A stretch of DNA of 64,000 nt from Camelus dromedarius (GCF_036321535.1 NC_087472.1:98458001-98522000), one strand, 5' to 3'. Numbered from the stretch's first letter, positions 49,170-64,000 are shown. Notes: generated from the letters alone by a model not told the origin. A program made the numbers and translations.

Positions 49170-49485
49170 TACTCATAGTCATTCCATTTGCCCTGCCATT
49201 TAGGCATGGCCTGTGATGCAACATTGGCCAATGAAATCTGGGGCTAAGTCTACTGGAACAATCCAGGGAGTTTTCTTTGATTTTACAAAAAGGACTAAGA
49301 ATATGACCTAGTCTTCGGCTCTTTGGATGCTATCTTATAAGAAGTGATGCTTGGAGCTGCTGGCATTATAGAAAAACTAACTAAATCCTGATACTGCAGA
49401 GCCATGAAATTTATACCAGAACAACCCAACCTCTGAAGTTCCTGTAAGTTAAGATAATTAACTTTTCCTCATTATTTAGGCCAAA
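49170..49485 (+). mobile_element. MLT1 (ERVL-MaLR) LTR fragment
   Basis: TGGCCAATGAAAT, GTGATGCTTGGAGCTGCTGG, AGATAATTAAC..TTATTTAGGCCA. Confidence 0.65.
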
Positions 49486-52154
49486 AACCGAGGGAGGTGT
49501 GATTAAAAATTCAACCTATAACCAGTATCAGAATTATAGCTACATTCTACTTTCTATCCAATCTTTAGTGTTTTATGTCTCCCTAATAGTCTTTCTTCAA
49601 AATCAGACAATAAGGCAGTAAGAGAATATTTGTTTACTACTTTCCAGATATACTTGTTACATAACCAGCCAAGAATGTTGTCCTTAAACTTCACAAAAGT
49701 GACATATTTAAGGTTCTCTGCTATTCCTTCTCTGACTTCAGTGCATGTCTTTTTATTCACATTGCTTATATATCTTTTCCATCTATTCTCCTTAGACCTG
49801 AACTATAATTTAAGATATTATTGATGATTATGCTCTTCTAAATTATTTGTGTTTGAGCATAAGTTATCTTGACAATAAATAAAACAGTACAAAGTGCTGC
49901 CACATTTTTCTTTGTTTTCAACTTGCTCCTTTTTTTCCTTTAACACATTTCGTATTCTGGGAATATCTTCCCATTGCCCACACACTTCCTACCTGAATGT
50001 TCTTAAAAATAAAATTCATGGCTTTTAGAAACTCTTCAGGAAATTACTCTAGGACCCTTAAAATGATTGAAGAGGATTAATCTATCTTCTGCACGATATT
50101 GGTAGTCATTATCTTGCCTCTCTGCCTAGATAATTTAAGATACTAGGCCACTGAGCTGCATATTTTGTGCAGCTCTTAAGTTACCAACAGTGTGCAAAAG
50201 ATGGTAGATTTTAAAAAATAACTTCAAAACACATTTCTTGGCAGATCGCATTTTGAAATTATCAATAAGTATCTTGGCCAGATAACCTGATGCATATTGT
50301 AGCTATTAGGTGACATTTTAGCCACCCCATCTGCAGCCTCCTAAAAAAACCCCTAGGTTTTGCTTTAGATTTGTAAGACCAAGCAAATAAAGGTGTAAAT
50401 TAAGTAAGAATACTGATAGGCTATCTCTAAGACAATGAAAAAGAGCACATTGTAACTTCATTGAGTACGTGGAGGCACCAAGAATGTCTGCCAAAAGGGA
50501 AATCAGCAGGATTAAGGGATAAAGCTTTCAAAAACCTCATCTAAATTGCCTAGCATGGCAAAGGAAAGAGCTATTAGAAGCAGAACTTCAAGCTGCATTA
50601 ACCAAAACCATATTTTAGTCTTACAGCTGATGATTTCTAAATAAAGAATAAATACAATATCTTTATATTTTGTCCCACACTTTTCATGATCTACACTCCT
50701 TGAAAGTTGCATAGGCTGACATAATTTATAATTTAATTTCACTGAGGTATTATTATAAGGCTCATACCTCAGTAAGCTTCGAAACTGCTAATTGGGATAA
50801 TAGGAAATTACTTGTCTTCTCCCAAATGCCAGTGAAGTAGGTCAGGATAATTAACATGCAAGCTGACTTTTCAGTCAAAGGAAAACAAGACAGGTCTCAT
50901 CTGTGTACTTTCAGTATCATCCATTTTAGACCCAAATGAGTTCAGCCTGAGAAAAATCACAGTATGACTCAGTTAAATAACAGAATTTCAAAATAAGACA
51001 AAAGGTAGTTCAGCCATGAGAACATAGATTGAAGTATGCTCAAAAGAAGACCAAATTTACACCTCATATGCAGGGCCAAATTGCACATGTACAAAGAAAG
51101 TGAAAAAACATCTATGTCACAGATTTAGGTACATCTTGCTCCCTAGAGTGCTCTATAAACTCATAAGCACTATATACAATATAGATATCATGAAAGGGGT
51201 TTAGTTGATGACATAATTCTTCACCCTTAAAGCAGGAGATAGGCTATATTTTCATATTTTCTCCCACTGTTCCATCTGTTCACATGCCTGATACTTCCTA
51301 TTTTTAATTTCTTGGCAAACTGAGAATAATGTTTGAAGCTACAGACGTGAAACTTATTTCCTCTACAGGTCTGTACCTGATTAGCAAAAATTCATTTTAG
51401 TAGGTCACACTGCATGCTGGCCTTGAGCAGGACACACAGTAACACACTGCTGCCAGACTTTGATTCTAACAAGTACGGCAGCCTGCTGACCTGAGCAGCA
51501 GCATGGGGAGCGCTCCGTGTCGAGGGCACTCTGTAAGCCTGGGGCTGATGGGATAGCCACAGCTTCCTACCCGTGTGTAACTTTTGCTCTGTTGACATAA
51601 CACCAAGAAGCTTGATTTGAATAAGCAGCCTGGAATACTTATCCCTAATGGCCAACAGGGCAGTCATGAACAAGACACGCCTTCATTAGACCTTGAAGAT
51701 TCTTTTGAAAACACTGATTTTAGAGCTGATGTTTCCAAAATGAAGTGTTCATCAAATTGCACATTCCTAAATATTAGAAACAGTAATGCAGAAAACCCAT
51801 CATTAGGAAGGCAAACATACATTCCATTAAGTAAGAAGCATCTTCTAGGCAAGCATGAAACGCACTGCTCTGTTGAGAATGGTTTAAAGGACACTAATAC
51901 ATCAAGTGGCAAGATTTATGGAAAAATACCCAGAAAGAAATGGGGTCCTGAAAGACAGTGCATGGCCACCATTAGTGAAACAGATCCGACTGAAACAGTG
52001 TGAACTGCCCCACAATATTGAACCATAAAGACAAAATGTGCAATACCAAGTTCACCGACATACTTCCTAGGGCTGTTCTGCCTTATCGCAATTATTCCAC
52101 AAAGAGTCTGCTGAACAAGATGGAAAGTACTGAATAACTGTCCACTTGACTCAC

Positions 52155-52195
52155 TTGGGAACCTGAAGGAAAAAGCCACCGATTTAGGAGTGTAC
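52155..52195 (-). other. CNKSR2: Candidate CNKSR2 cassette mini-exon (41 nt, with nested 8-nt version 52155-52162)
   Basis: Long U-rich tract, then tttttagccatacAG|GTACACTCC...TCCCAA|GTGAGT. Second acceptor tttttccttcAG 33 nt downstream. Open frame (S)TLLNRWLFPSGSQ. Confidence 0.55.
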
Positions 52196-54107
52196 CTGTA
52201 TGGCTAAAAATACATCCAATCAACAAAACAGAAAAAACAGACACTCAAGGAAACAATAATTGAAAGCCATCTAACTAGAGATGCTCTGTGGGTTACTGGA
52301 GCCTGAAGGAAGGGCGAGTCCAGGTCCGAGGACACATGTTCTTCTTTCTAGTCCTCCCTACACAATGACCAGGAGGAACTGCTAAGTATCCAGCTTAAGT
52401 GAAAAAGACAACTTCAATGACTTCTGCCCATGGCAATGACGGAATGTGTTCTGAACAGGATTCTCTATTTCAGAGGGTTGTGCCTAATTTCAGCACAATT
52501 TATTTTAAAATAGCAGAGATGTTTGTAGAATAGAGAATAAACCTCACAAACTTAGAGCAGCTGTGCAGCACTTGAATGACAATCAAAATGAGGTTTCTTT
52601 AGGGTTAGTTAGGTTTTAGAAAATAATTTATTAATCATCTTAAGATTAAAAATGTATTATTGTGCTTTCCAGAACTCCTACAGAGGTCTAACACAGCTCC
52701 TAGATCTTTCCTCCACAAGACACTTCAATAATCTCTAATAAATATGAATGTTGCAAGGGCTTGGCAGGTAATCACCTTTCCTGAACCAACAGTATACCTT
52801 TTATAATGCCGCTCATGGAGATCATGGCTAAAATATACTTTACATGGAAACTGCTTTAATATATGAATTTTATTATAAGCAACTCATATTTTGATAGTAG
52901 AAGAGGCTCACTGTATTTTCTTGTTAATAATCTCTGAAGTAACCTACATTTTAAATCAGCCAAGCTAGACATTGCTATGAGGTCCCTGATCTGCTGGTAA
53001 CCTATAAGCTTTGAGTTGTTTTTTCAGTTGTGAAGAAGAACTTACACTAATATATCCTTTAATCAAAGTCTCATATACTCTGTGAAATGGGCTGAAGGAT
53101 ACAGTCTGTATTCTTTAAAAAGAGAAGTCTAATGCCCTAGTGGGACCAAACAGTAACTGTGGTTTCATCAGCACCGGCTTGGGTCACCTGCACTAACTGA
53201 CCCAGACTTCATTTTGAATAAAGAGATGCAAATGATTTTATATGATTTCTTCTATATGATTTTTGGGGTATTTTACATTCAAGTCTTTTGGCCAGAGCTA
53301 GATTTTTTCTGAATAAAATAACTGAGTTATAACCTTTCCCTTAAATGAGCCTGGGTTTCTGGACTGGTGTATCACATTAGTTATAAACAGAAGTTTGATA
53401 TGGCACACTGGATAAATAACTTGATAACTAGTAAACATATTCTTAATGCCAACAAGACAGAGGGTTACTTAATTGACTTGCTTCTCTCAAGAGCTGATTC
53501 ACATAAACTGACTTTTGCAATCAACATACATAGCAAGAAAGTAAATGGACGCTTTTGGCAAACTGGTTTCTATAAACAGATTCTGCTATTTGGAGTTGAT
53601 AGAAACGCTGTGTAAAATTTGTTTCGGGAAAAATTCTTCGGGATTTTTCCTTTCAATCTTCTAATAGGGAAAAGGGAATTGTATGTGTGTGTGTATGTGT
53701 ATTCACCTACTTATTCAATCAAGGTTCTGCTTACACCTTGCTTAAAGCATTTATAGTTTCTTAACCCAAACTCAGGGGGCAACAACTGTGGACGAAAGGG
53801 ATGATGCATGCACTTGAGAAGAAAGTGGATAAGAGGAGGAAAAAACCAAATGAATACCATTAACTTTGCAAGGCAAATGGGTAATTAAAGAAAAAAATTA
53901 TCTGCTCTAGTTGTGGGTGCCCTGGGATAAAGGCGTCATTATTCATCTTTCTTTCTCCCCAAGTTATTCAAGTTCTGAAAGTAGGACACCAAGGGATACC
54001 TAACTTCCTATGTAACAAGACCATTATTTTAAGAAAAAGGGGAAACAAAATTCTACTTAGTTAAAATAAGAAGTTTGAAAAGGTTAGGACTCCGTGTATA
54101 CAGGCTA

Positions 54108-54752
<645 letters not shown>

Positions 54753-56004
54753 TCACCAGGTAACATTTACTACTCGAGTTAATGACTAGTCAAGTTTTCA
54801 GACATATCAAAGTTAGGCCCCAGCTGACATTTTAAGAGACTCAGATGTGGATGACTGAAATGCAGCTATACTGGGTTCTCATGAAAAATCTGACATACTA
54901 ATGTTAACTTTTACAACAATCAAAGTATAAGAAAATGTGAATGTCTATGTAAGAAATATTCAGCAACTAGAAAAAAACCCCAAAGTTTTAAAATCTCTAT
55001 GCATTTGAAATTCTGAAGAATTGTTGACAAACACATATTTCCAGATTTTATGGACTTTGGGGATGAGAGCAAGGCTTTTGGATGTGAAAACAAGGTGCCT
55101 ATAATGGGACAGAAAGCTTCCTCTTCTTCTCAGGTGAATGATTGCTCCTATGGTGTCAAGGAAAAGCTTTCTTATAGTCTTGTCAATTCTGTGGCACTTT
55201 CTAGAGAGTTAAAAATGTAGGATATGATTACACCCTGATGAGGATTAGTATTTGCCTTGGGCACAGGCACTTCACGTCACATAAACACAAAAGGAAAATG
55301 GAAGATTTTTATCCTTGGAATTTATAGTTTGGGAATATATGTTACAGCACAGAGCACAACCAAGGAAAAGGACTGGTATCAAGTGGATGCTGTAAAAGAC
55401 TTGCAGGCACCCCTACCGGGACAAGCCTTACTCGAGCTCTGTAGGCTCACAGACCAGCCCAAGCCTCCTCTTGGCAGGTGCCAGATTTGTTAAATGTGAT
55501 CATCGCAAATTGAGCTGAGGTTGTGGCCAGGAACAAACAGCCTGACTAAGGTGAAAGTGCATTTGCCCCTATGGGTAAAGGAAAATTTAAGTGGCATGTT
55601 CTGTGGGCAGTTTTTCTTCCCATATGCTAATAAAAATGCAAAGAGTTTCCTTCTTGAAATTTACAAGTTGCTATGATTAAAGAGCAGTTCAGTCAAGCTG
55701 CAGTTTCTCTTCCTTCTACTTTTATAAATATTTTGAAAGAATTATTCGGACTCTGATGTTTTAGGGAAAGCGGGAAAATATGACATAAACTATATCTTGT
55801 TACTGACTTCATTATTTCATTTCTATAGTTCATCCTTGCATTCTGCTTTACTTGGTACACTGTAGCATTTATTAAGGAAATGTACATATAAGTAGGAACA
55901 ATTCTGTATTTTTTTCTACTTCTCTCCCGTTTTCCTTAGGTAAGAGATATATCATCAAACATTTTAATTAAAAATGTGACTTCCCTTTTAGTCATTAGCC
56001 AAAA

Positions 56005-56255
56005 GTATTCATTCATTTACTTCATTTATTTATTTCAGAAATACTGAGCACTCAATAAATGAGTGCCAGTGCTGTGCTAGGCCATGGGGATGTGCAGATG
56101 AACAGAACAGGGTCCCTGTTCTCAAAAAGTTCACAGGACAGTCCAATGAGCTGTTCGCAGTCTCAAATATTGTGATTTAATATGCCTGAGCATCTGCATT
56201 TCTAAAACACTCCAGAGGTGATTCTCATGCACAGTCAAGGTTAAGAAGTGGCCTA
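56005..56255. mobile_element. L2 3' end (minus) followed by a MER5-type fragment
   Basis: ATTCATTCATTT..GTGCTAGG..GGTCCCTGTTCTCAAAAAGTTCACAG, then ATCTGCATTTCTAAAA..GGTGATTCTCATGCACA. Confidence 0.7.
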
Positions 56256-56414
56256 GAATTGTATCGACATCTTACAGAGCACTTTTCTTGTTAAAAATCC
56301 CCTGGAGTAATATGGAGGTAGAATTAGGTTGGCTGTTACTGTCACCTAAATCCAGCTTCCATTTCTTATGTGGAAGACTCAGTCCCAAGATAGGCCGAAT
56401 TGACTCTTAAGGCA

Positions 56415-56535
56415 CTGCGACCATGCAATGGATTGCTTAAACTGGGACAGTATTGAGACACTTTTGGTAATTCTCATGGGAAATAGGCATAAAGTGGGAT
56501 AGTACCAAGCAAACCAGGACAGTTGTTTACTCTAC
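56415..56535. mobile_element. MER94-like hAT-Blackjack element
   Basis: GACCAT..AAACTGGGACA..AGGCATAAAGTGGGA..GCAAACCAGGACAGTTG. Confidence 0.55.
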
Positions 56536-57008
56536 TAAGAGATCAAAGTACAGTCTATACACAGAGTAATTTATGTAGGTTTAAGAAGTCTTAAGAGCAC
56601 CACATAAACACATACACATTAAACCAGACCTCGTGACTGTCTAAAAAGCTACATGCCAAAACATGTTCAATACAGATTTAACATTAATTTTTATGAGTTG
56701 CTACTAAAAGACGTAGGAGTGAAGTTTTTTAGTGTAGAATAGATAAGGTCAATTTATACATCTTTTCCTAAGAAAAAATTTTTTGTTGTTGATATTTCCA
56801 TGAAGGCTACCCTGACACAAATGGTATGTTTTCTTATTAAAACTGGTAAGATATTTATTATGTGTAGAATCTGTGGTGACTGTTTCTCCTGATTAAATAT
56901 TCTTTGTATACTTAAAATTTTCCCTCTTATTGCTTTTAGACTCCCTATTTTCTTTCCCTCTGAAAAACCCAAAGTCTGCCATGCAATTCACTAAGTATTT
57001 TTTTTTTA

Positions 57009-57203
<195 letters not shown>

Positions 57204-58699
57204 TCAACATTCTATTAAAAGTTTCTAGCCATTTTTTTCAGGAACACACACTACCAGCTAACAAAAGGAAGTTTAAATTCCATGCTCCCCAGCACTCCCT
57301 ACCCCAGGCCCACCAACTTTTATTTTCAGCTGGGTTTTGAGGAGGAAGGAGGAGTACAATCACCTAACTCCAACCTCCTTTTAAAGCAAGCAATTACACA
57401 TAGCCGCAGTTTTAAAGAGTTAAGACACTGCATGAGCCAAATCAGGTTTAGGGTAATCTTAGATTCCAGATCAAACTACTTGAAGCTTCAATTAATGAAT
57501 GATGTCACATGATATCTCTTAAAGGTATATCATTTTATCCTAAAGATGAACATTCAAAGAAGAACTATATACATTGCTGTGGATCTCTACAGATACAAAC
57601 AGCTCCAAAAATAATGTTCCCAGTTCTCTTCTCTGGCTTCAGTTCACTGGTTACCTAACAATCACTGTTTCCAGAGTCATGCTGACATGATTCTCTATAA
57701 CACCATACTCCCACCTCTACTTGGAAACACATGGCAAACCCTGATTCTTGCCAAATGCAAAAGGGCAAATCTGCTGATGTGGGCTGTAAGTTCCAAACTT
57801 CTAGAACTACTTAAAAGGGTAGAAAATGTAAGCCGCTAGACAAAGTGACTTGGCAGACCTCAGGCAAGAGGGAAGGGGAAAAACTCTGAGAGATATATTA
57901 GTTGAGTAAGTAAAATACAGCACAAAGGTCAATAATCAGATCTGTTCTACTAATATCTCAACTGCCCTGTAACTGCTGGGTTAATTCTTTATGTGATTTA
58001 CAGGGAAAAACCAAGAAGTGATACCCATCTGAATTTCAGATGATAAAAGAAGAGAAAAGATATCAAAACAGAAGGTTCCTTACTCTTATGAAAATCTAAA
58101 TCATCAAAGAACCATCAAAAGGCTTAACTGATACTCAGATTTAGGTAAAAAATTATGGCACATATTTTTATAGGAACCCCTCTCCTCCCAGGAATTCCCA
58201 TATTGTAATATTTTTATATATTTTCCTTGTAGTGCTGATTAATATTACTAAGTACAGCTAACATTTATTGAGTATTTACCATGTGTCAAATAGAGAGCAG
58301 AAGAGCTGGGATTTGAACTAAGAAATTGCCTTGCTCTAAAACTCGAAGGGTTAAGTCACCGGGACTCTTTTGTATGACTTGGTGGGAGAGTTTAATGTGA
58401 CATATATTTACGATCCTTCGAGCACCCCCTCCTCCTGCTGCCCTATAACTCTGGCTATTGTGAACAGAAATTTTTTAGTAATGGAGATTATTATATTTGG
58501 GCCTCAAAATACAAGGTCTCTGAAAATTCTACTCTAATTATTCCCCTTGACTAAAAGATAAGCAAAGACTAGTTAACTTAAATTTGATATGTGGTTTTCA
58601 CACTGGGTCACACCGGTGACGGGCAGTATACTAAATCTCCCCTCAAATATGAATTGACGCAGTTGCCCAGAAATAGATCCAGTAAACACTGGTGGGAAG

Positions 58700-58920
58700 A
58701 ACATGAGCTATATACTCTGGCAAATGTAGGTTCAATGCTCAGCTGTACCAATTACCATTTCTGTGCTCTTGCGATGGTTACTTAAGCTCTCTGAGTCTGT
58801 TTTGTCATCTGTAAGTAAGAGGGGGCTAATAATAACTGCCTTTCAGAGTGTGTGAGGGGTACTAAATGAGGTAATATATTCTCAAGCACCTTGCACCTTG
58901 AAAGCACTCAGTAAATATTA
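58700..58920 (+). mobile_element. MIR SINE
   Basis: GGTTCAA..GTTACTTAAGCTCTCTGAGTCTGTTTTGTCATCTGTAA..AAGCACTCAGTAAATATTAG. Confidence 0.8.
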
Positions 58921-61833
58921 GGATCCCTGATATTCTTGGGTGGATTTGTAGGTAGCATGCCAGGACAGTCTGACCCAGATCACAGGAGATAAATGCCTGG
59001 TGTTCATCTTCTTGGACATTAGCTTTTCCTTATAGCAAGTTCCAGCGACAAAAAGTACATTCTGGAGCTCTGGGGCCTGGGTTGGGTAGTTTCGTGGGAG
59101 CATGAAATACTACTGGGAAATTATTTCTGGAGGTGAAGGGACTAAGCCCCCCTCAACCTGCTCCCGAGCAGTGGGCTTATCAATATCACTCTGTTCTTAC
59201 CCTTCTCACTATTTCCAGAAACTATGGCACCTGTGCTGAATTTCTCCTTCACCTTTGCACTGAGACCTTGGGTTTCAAGGAGTCAGCACCTCAAGTGGTC
59301 CTGTCAGCACACTGAGAAGGAGATGATACATATTTTATCAAGATGTCTTTACAGCTATCACTACAAGTGACAGATTTGGGAGATTCTCTCTCTACTTTTT
59401 CTATCTCCCTCCTATCCCTGGCTAAATTAGGAAGAATTCTAGCCCACTATTTGATACAATTCTTCGTTTATTAAAAAGCACCAACAAACTAAAGCTTTCC
59501 TGGGTTGCCTAAGAAAAGGCTGAAATACCACTCTGCAAATTAACTTCATTTCTCACACTAAGCTGTGTGTCTCTGAGAAAGCAAGGCCAGAGAAGAGGCT
59601 ATACAGAAAATTTGGTCAGGCCTTTATGGATTTTTGTGGAAAATTACAGGCAAACTGCTTCCCAGAGGCTGAAACCAGTGTGATTTTCATTCTAAGAGCA
59701 AATTAATTTATTTTTCTTAGCTCTTTATTTAGCACAAAATAAATGGATACTTTTCACATCTCTCCCAGTGATACTCAATTTTACAAGTAACTAATCATGA
59801 ATAAACAGTGCCATCAATAGAAGAGGAAAATTTCCACTTTACTTCTCATGCTGATACAAAAGGATAATTTTAAAAAAATTGACTTTCATCTAGAACTATC
59901 AAAGAAATACAATGCATTTCATTCATTTTTATGTAATTAAAATTTTAAAAGACCTTATGTATGACTGAAAATAATGTGTCATGAGTGTCTGATTTGAAGC
60001 TAGAAGAATATAGAAAATTGATTAGTAGACAATTAGCCAAATTATGTTCTTGGCAGAATTTAGTGTAACCTTGTTTTCTCTAAGTAAAACAATGCATAAT
60101 GAAAAAGAACCCCACATCCTTTATACTTTTGTAGTTAAAGACAGCAATTCACTAAACTTTTATTTAAGTCAATGAAAGAGTCACTTCCAAGCTGCACTGG
60201 GTATTCTATTTAAATAGAAACAGTGGTTAGCAGTTATTCATTTGCATCTTTGTGAAATATTCTCAACCCTCAGAGAGCTATATTTTGTATCAAGTTTAAC
60301 TTCAGTATTAAGAATGGTACTCAGATGTCAAACAATTCTATAGAAGGGTGTTGTGGACACGTGCACCCAGTAGTTTTCTACATAGAACACCCTGAGACCT
60401 AGTCCTGCAGAAGGTAGGAAGTCTAATGTTTCTGACCTGTGTTCCAGTGCCTGATGAATGTATACTCCATGTGGAAATCCAAATTATTTCAGAGATTTCT
60501 AGTTGCACTGTATTAGCAAGAGAGACTTGAAATGTAACTATTAACTTCTGCCTATGATTGTCTACCACGCTCCAGTAGCCACTAAAATATATACTCACAT
60601 GACAGACCATGAATCCATGGAATGAATACTTTTTGGAACTTGCATGTATAATGTAACTTACCAGTTCTTTCACCCATAATGAAATTTGTTTATATAATAC
60701 CAAGTACAAAGGAAAGGAAATCAACTAAAATCAAGGCCAAGCTCAACTTCAAAGCAACGCCGAGTGATAAAATACAGAAGTTAAGCCTGAAAATCCAAGG
60801 TTCCTTATTCATGCAAATTGACCTTTTTAAAGATTAATTTGCCTATCAGTACATTGCCCACACATCTAATTCCTGTATCTTAAAAAAGGAGAAAGAAATC
60901 TATATGCACCTTTAAAAACAGTTTTTATGCATTTTAAAGAAATTTGAAAAGGCAGGCTGGTGTGTGTATGTGCACGTGTGTGTGTATTCAGCTCTTACTA
61001 CAATTTTAGGCCTACAATTTAAGCTCAAGTATGAAAGTGGGGAGCATAATTTTAACAATGAAGAAATGTGACTTAACAACTGGCCTGACACTTCATTGTC
61101 CTGGCTAGCACTTGCTGTGTACAGTGATTTGATGGAGATGGTTTCCACGTTATTTGTGGAAGTATCCATGCTGCTTCTACTCCCAGTAATGTTTTATCAT
61201 CTCCTTGACTCCACATCCTTCTCATCCTGTGAGAACCAGTTTAGATAAAAGAGTCAACATTATGAACATTATGTCTTTCCCCATTTTCCTCCTGGAAGGA
61301 ATCTCTCCAGCCTCATTCCCATTGACCCTGGTTTCTACTTTCCCATGTTTTACTTTCTGGATTGTACTAAGAGTGTCTTTTCTACTAGAATTCAATGTAA
61401 TTTCAGGCAGGATGGGTGCCTACTTCACCTTAATACAATGAGAGTGCTAACAGAAGGCCTTACACAGAAATACTTTAATAAAATTTCTTCTCTCCCTCTT
61501 CACTGCTAAATCTACATCAAGCTCACCAATTCTCTAGCAAGTGTTTCCTCATTAATTCTGCCTCCTTCTCAGGTTTTTTAAAAAAATTTTGCATCCACTT
61601 GACAAATTTTTTAATCAGTTGCATGTTGTGCAAAAATTAGTACTCATTTACTTTATGTGGCTCTTTAATTTTTCCTAAGCAATTTCAAGTGTGTATTTTT
61701 GAGATCCTCAACAAGATGGTAAATTCCCATTGGCAATAACCATGTTTTGCTATTTCTTGGAAATCTTTCTGCTCTATTTCTTCACCCTTCAGTGCTCCAC
61801 CCACCCCCATTCTCTCACCCCAGGGCTCTAAAC

Positions 61834-62154
61834 CAGGGGTTGGTAAACTATAGCCTGCAGGACAAAGGAGGCTTTTTGCCTGTTTTCATAAAGCTTGTGG
61901 GTCAAGAATGGTTTTTACCTTTTTAAATGGATTAAAAAAAAAAGTCAGAAGAAATATGTGAAAAATGTCATGAAATTCAATCTCAGTGTCCATAAATAAA
62001 GCTTTATTGAAGTACAGAATCTCCACCCCCCTCATGTGTCTACAGCTGCTTTTGTACTGGAACAGCAAAGTTGAATAGTTTAAACAGAACTCTTAAGGCC
62101 TGCAAAGCCTAAAACATTTACTATTTGGCTCTTTACAGAGTTTGCTGACCCCTG
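61834..62154. mobile_element. MER58B (hAT-Charlie) DNA transposon
   Basis: TIRs CAGGGGTTGGTAAAC / GTTTGCTGACCCCTG; degenerate 8-bp TSD CTCTAAAC / ACCTAAAC. Confidence 0.85.
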
Positions 62155-62972
62155 ACCTAAACATTTGCTGACAGATTGGTTTTGGGATCTGGTATCTCCT
62201 TTAGATCTCTCTAATCTTTAGTTTTTAGATGTTTTAAAAAGTTTTGCTCTGAGGTTTTACTCTGAGAGGAAACAGAAGGTTTTCAGAATTTTCACATCAA
62301 CAAACAGGCTATGCCCACTGGAGACAGAACTAGAAATATGTTTGTATGTGTATCAACCTGTGGAATTCTTTTAACTTTAGGATGTCTCAAAATTTTCAAG
62401 AAACTATTTATGCTTCCAAGGGATGTACAACAAACATTCTTTGGGAAATGTGAAGACATTTTATAAAGGTGATCACAACTTTTGTCAAGATTTCAATTCC
62501 GCACGAGGATATTTTGTTTCATAATTGTGAGGTTAATACCAAGGCAAGTTCCATAAGACCACAGAATTAACACAGTAACAGAACTGAATAACATAACCAA
62601 ATGAGATAATTTATGGAAGAAGGGATCATTTATCTGAGCTCTTCGCATTTAAAAGACTACTTAAATGTGAAAATGCAAAGTAGAAAAAGTAACTCACCAC
62701 CAAGGACATGGACTTGGGTCAATATATAGGACCAATTTTAGGCTTTTTAATTTTTAAGATTTTTTTTTTTCCTCCATAGGAAACAGGCTGAGGGAGATGG
62801 CAACAAACAGGAGAGAACTCCACATTAGCTGCTCCAAAATTTGACAGTTTATTCCCTGTTTAACTTATTAAACTCTACCCATAAGATGCTATGGTTTGGA
62901 TTCAAAGTACACAGAAGAGAAATAACCATAGTCTGACATATACATTTTCTCTCAAGTGATAGCAGTGAATCA

Positions 62973-63176
<204 letters not shown>

Positions 63177-64000
63177 TTAAAATGTGTAAGAATATACTGA
63201 ATGATCCTACATAAAAGGTGTTTTTTTCTACTCTTCACACACAGTCTTCAACGAGCTTTAATTTGCTGTTGTACAAATCGTTCTCATACTGAAGATGCTA
63301 TTTCAATAGAAAAGTCTTGGCAAACCTGTTAGTATCTGTAAGGTAAAGGGTTTTGACATTACCAAAGCCTTATTAATTCTGTTGCTCTAAATGTAGAAGC
63401 ACTACAAGTATGTTTGCTGTTCTGTTCCTTCAGAACCAATGCTCCTTTAGAAATATTTAAACAATATCATATATATTTTGCTCCAAGAAGGGGAAAAATT
63501 ATGGACCTTGCTTGTCAAAATAAGTTTTACTATGAAATATTAGTTTTAATGAAGTTCCTTTAAGTTTAATGATTCAAGGGGAACCACATCTCAGTAGTAC
63601 TTTGGAAATGTGTCTCTAAATACAAGGGTATGAGGTTTTCCAAAAACAAAACAAGCACGTACAACTTTAACGTCTGTTTAGATCCTGAAAATTTATTTTC
63701 ATGAACAACAGTAATTTAAAAATAAATCTTAGTTCTGTCCTCTTTCAGTAGTGTTGCTATTGCCAATGGAGGGGAATGCCTGAAGCAAAGCACTGTTTCA
63801 GTCTCCATCTTTTGTCCCATCAGGTCTCTCCTTGTATTCATTATGTCACCTGTTTACACTGCATCAGATTATCAAAATCACAAAGTCTTTAAACTAACAT
63901 GACAATTTTCCATAGGTCAATCTTGAGCTATGATCCATATATTTTAACAAATAAGAAAGTAAGTAAGAACCCACCTTCCAAACTAGGTTGAGTACACTTG

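Noticed and set aside
50741..50773. Hairpin ACTGAGGTAT...ATACCTCAGT containing a let-7-like TGAGGTA
   Set aside because: Only a 10-bp stem and no match to mature let-7 beyond the seed; too short for a pre-miRNA.
51392..52179. Overlapping 82-128 aa ORFs on both strands
   Set aside because: No recognisable homology, non-ATG or weak starts; only the 41-nt mini-exon has splice support.

Overview
Mammalian genomic DNA, most likely camelid (one tRNA-derived Vic-1-type SINE) and, by the known KLHL34/CNKSR2 linkage, X chromosome. Two genes sit tail-to-tail. KLHL34 (+, intronless CDS 10208-12163, BTB-BACK-Kelch) lies in a CpG island. The last five coding exons of CNKSR2/CNK2/MAGUIN are on the - strand (63035-63102, 57078-57178, 54131-54677, 18326-18522, 15523-15738; all GT-AG, phases consistent, ending in the PDZ-binding motif ETHV). 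The rest is intron or intergenic DNA with old repeats (MIR, L2, L1, L3, MER5/58/53/94, LTR16, MLT1, an ERV1-type solo LTR). Most interesting signals: (1) in the 35.6-kb penultimate CNKSR2 intron, a 41-nt/8-nt mini-exon that would switch the reading frame of an alternative terminal exon at 25835 from an immediate stop to a hidden C-terminal peptide, itself interrupted by one TGA; (2) a compact bidirectional poly(A) site shared by KLHL34 and CNKSR2; (3) an upstream ORF whose stop overlaps the KLHL34 start (ATGA). Repeat family names were recognised by eye and need RepeatMasker confirmation. Splice predictions beyond the canonical exons are inference.
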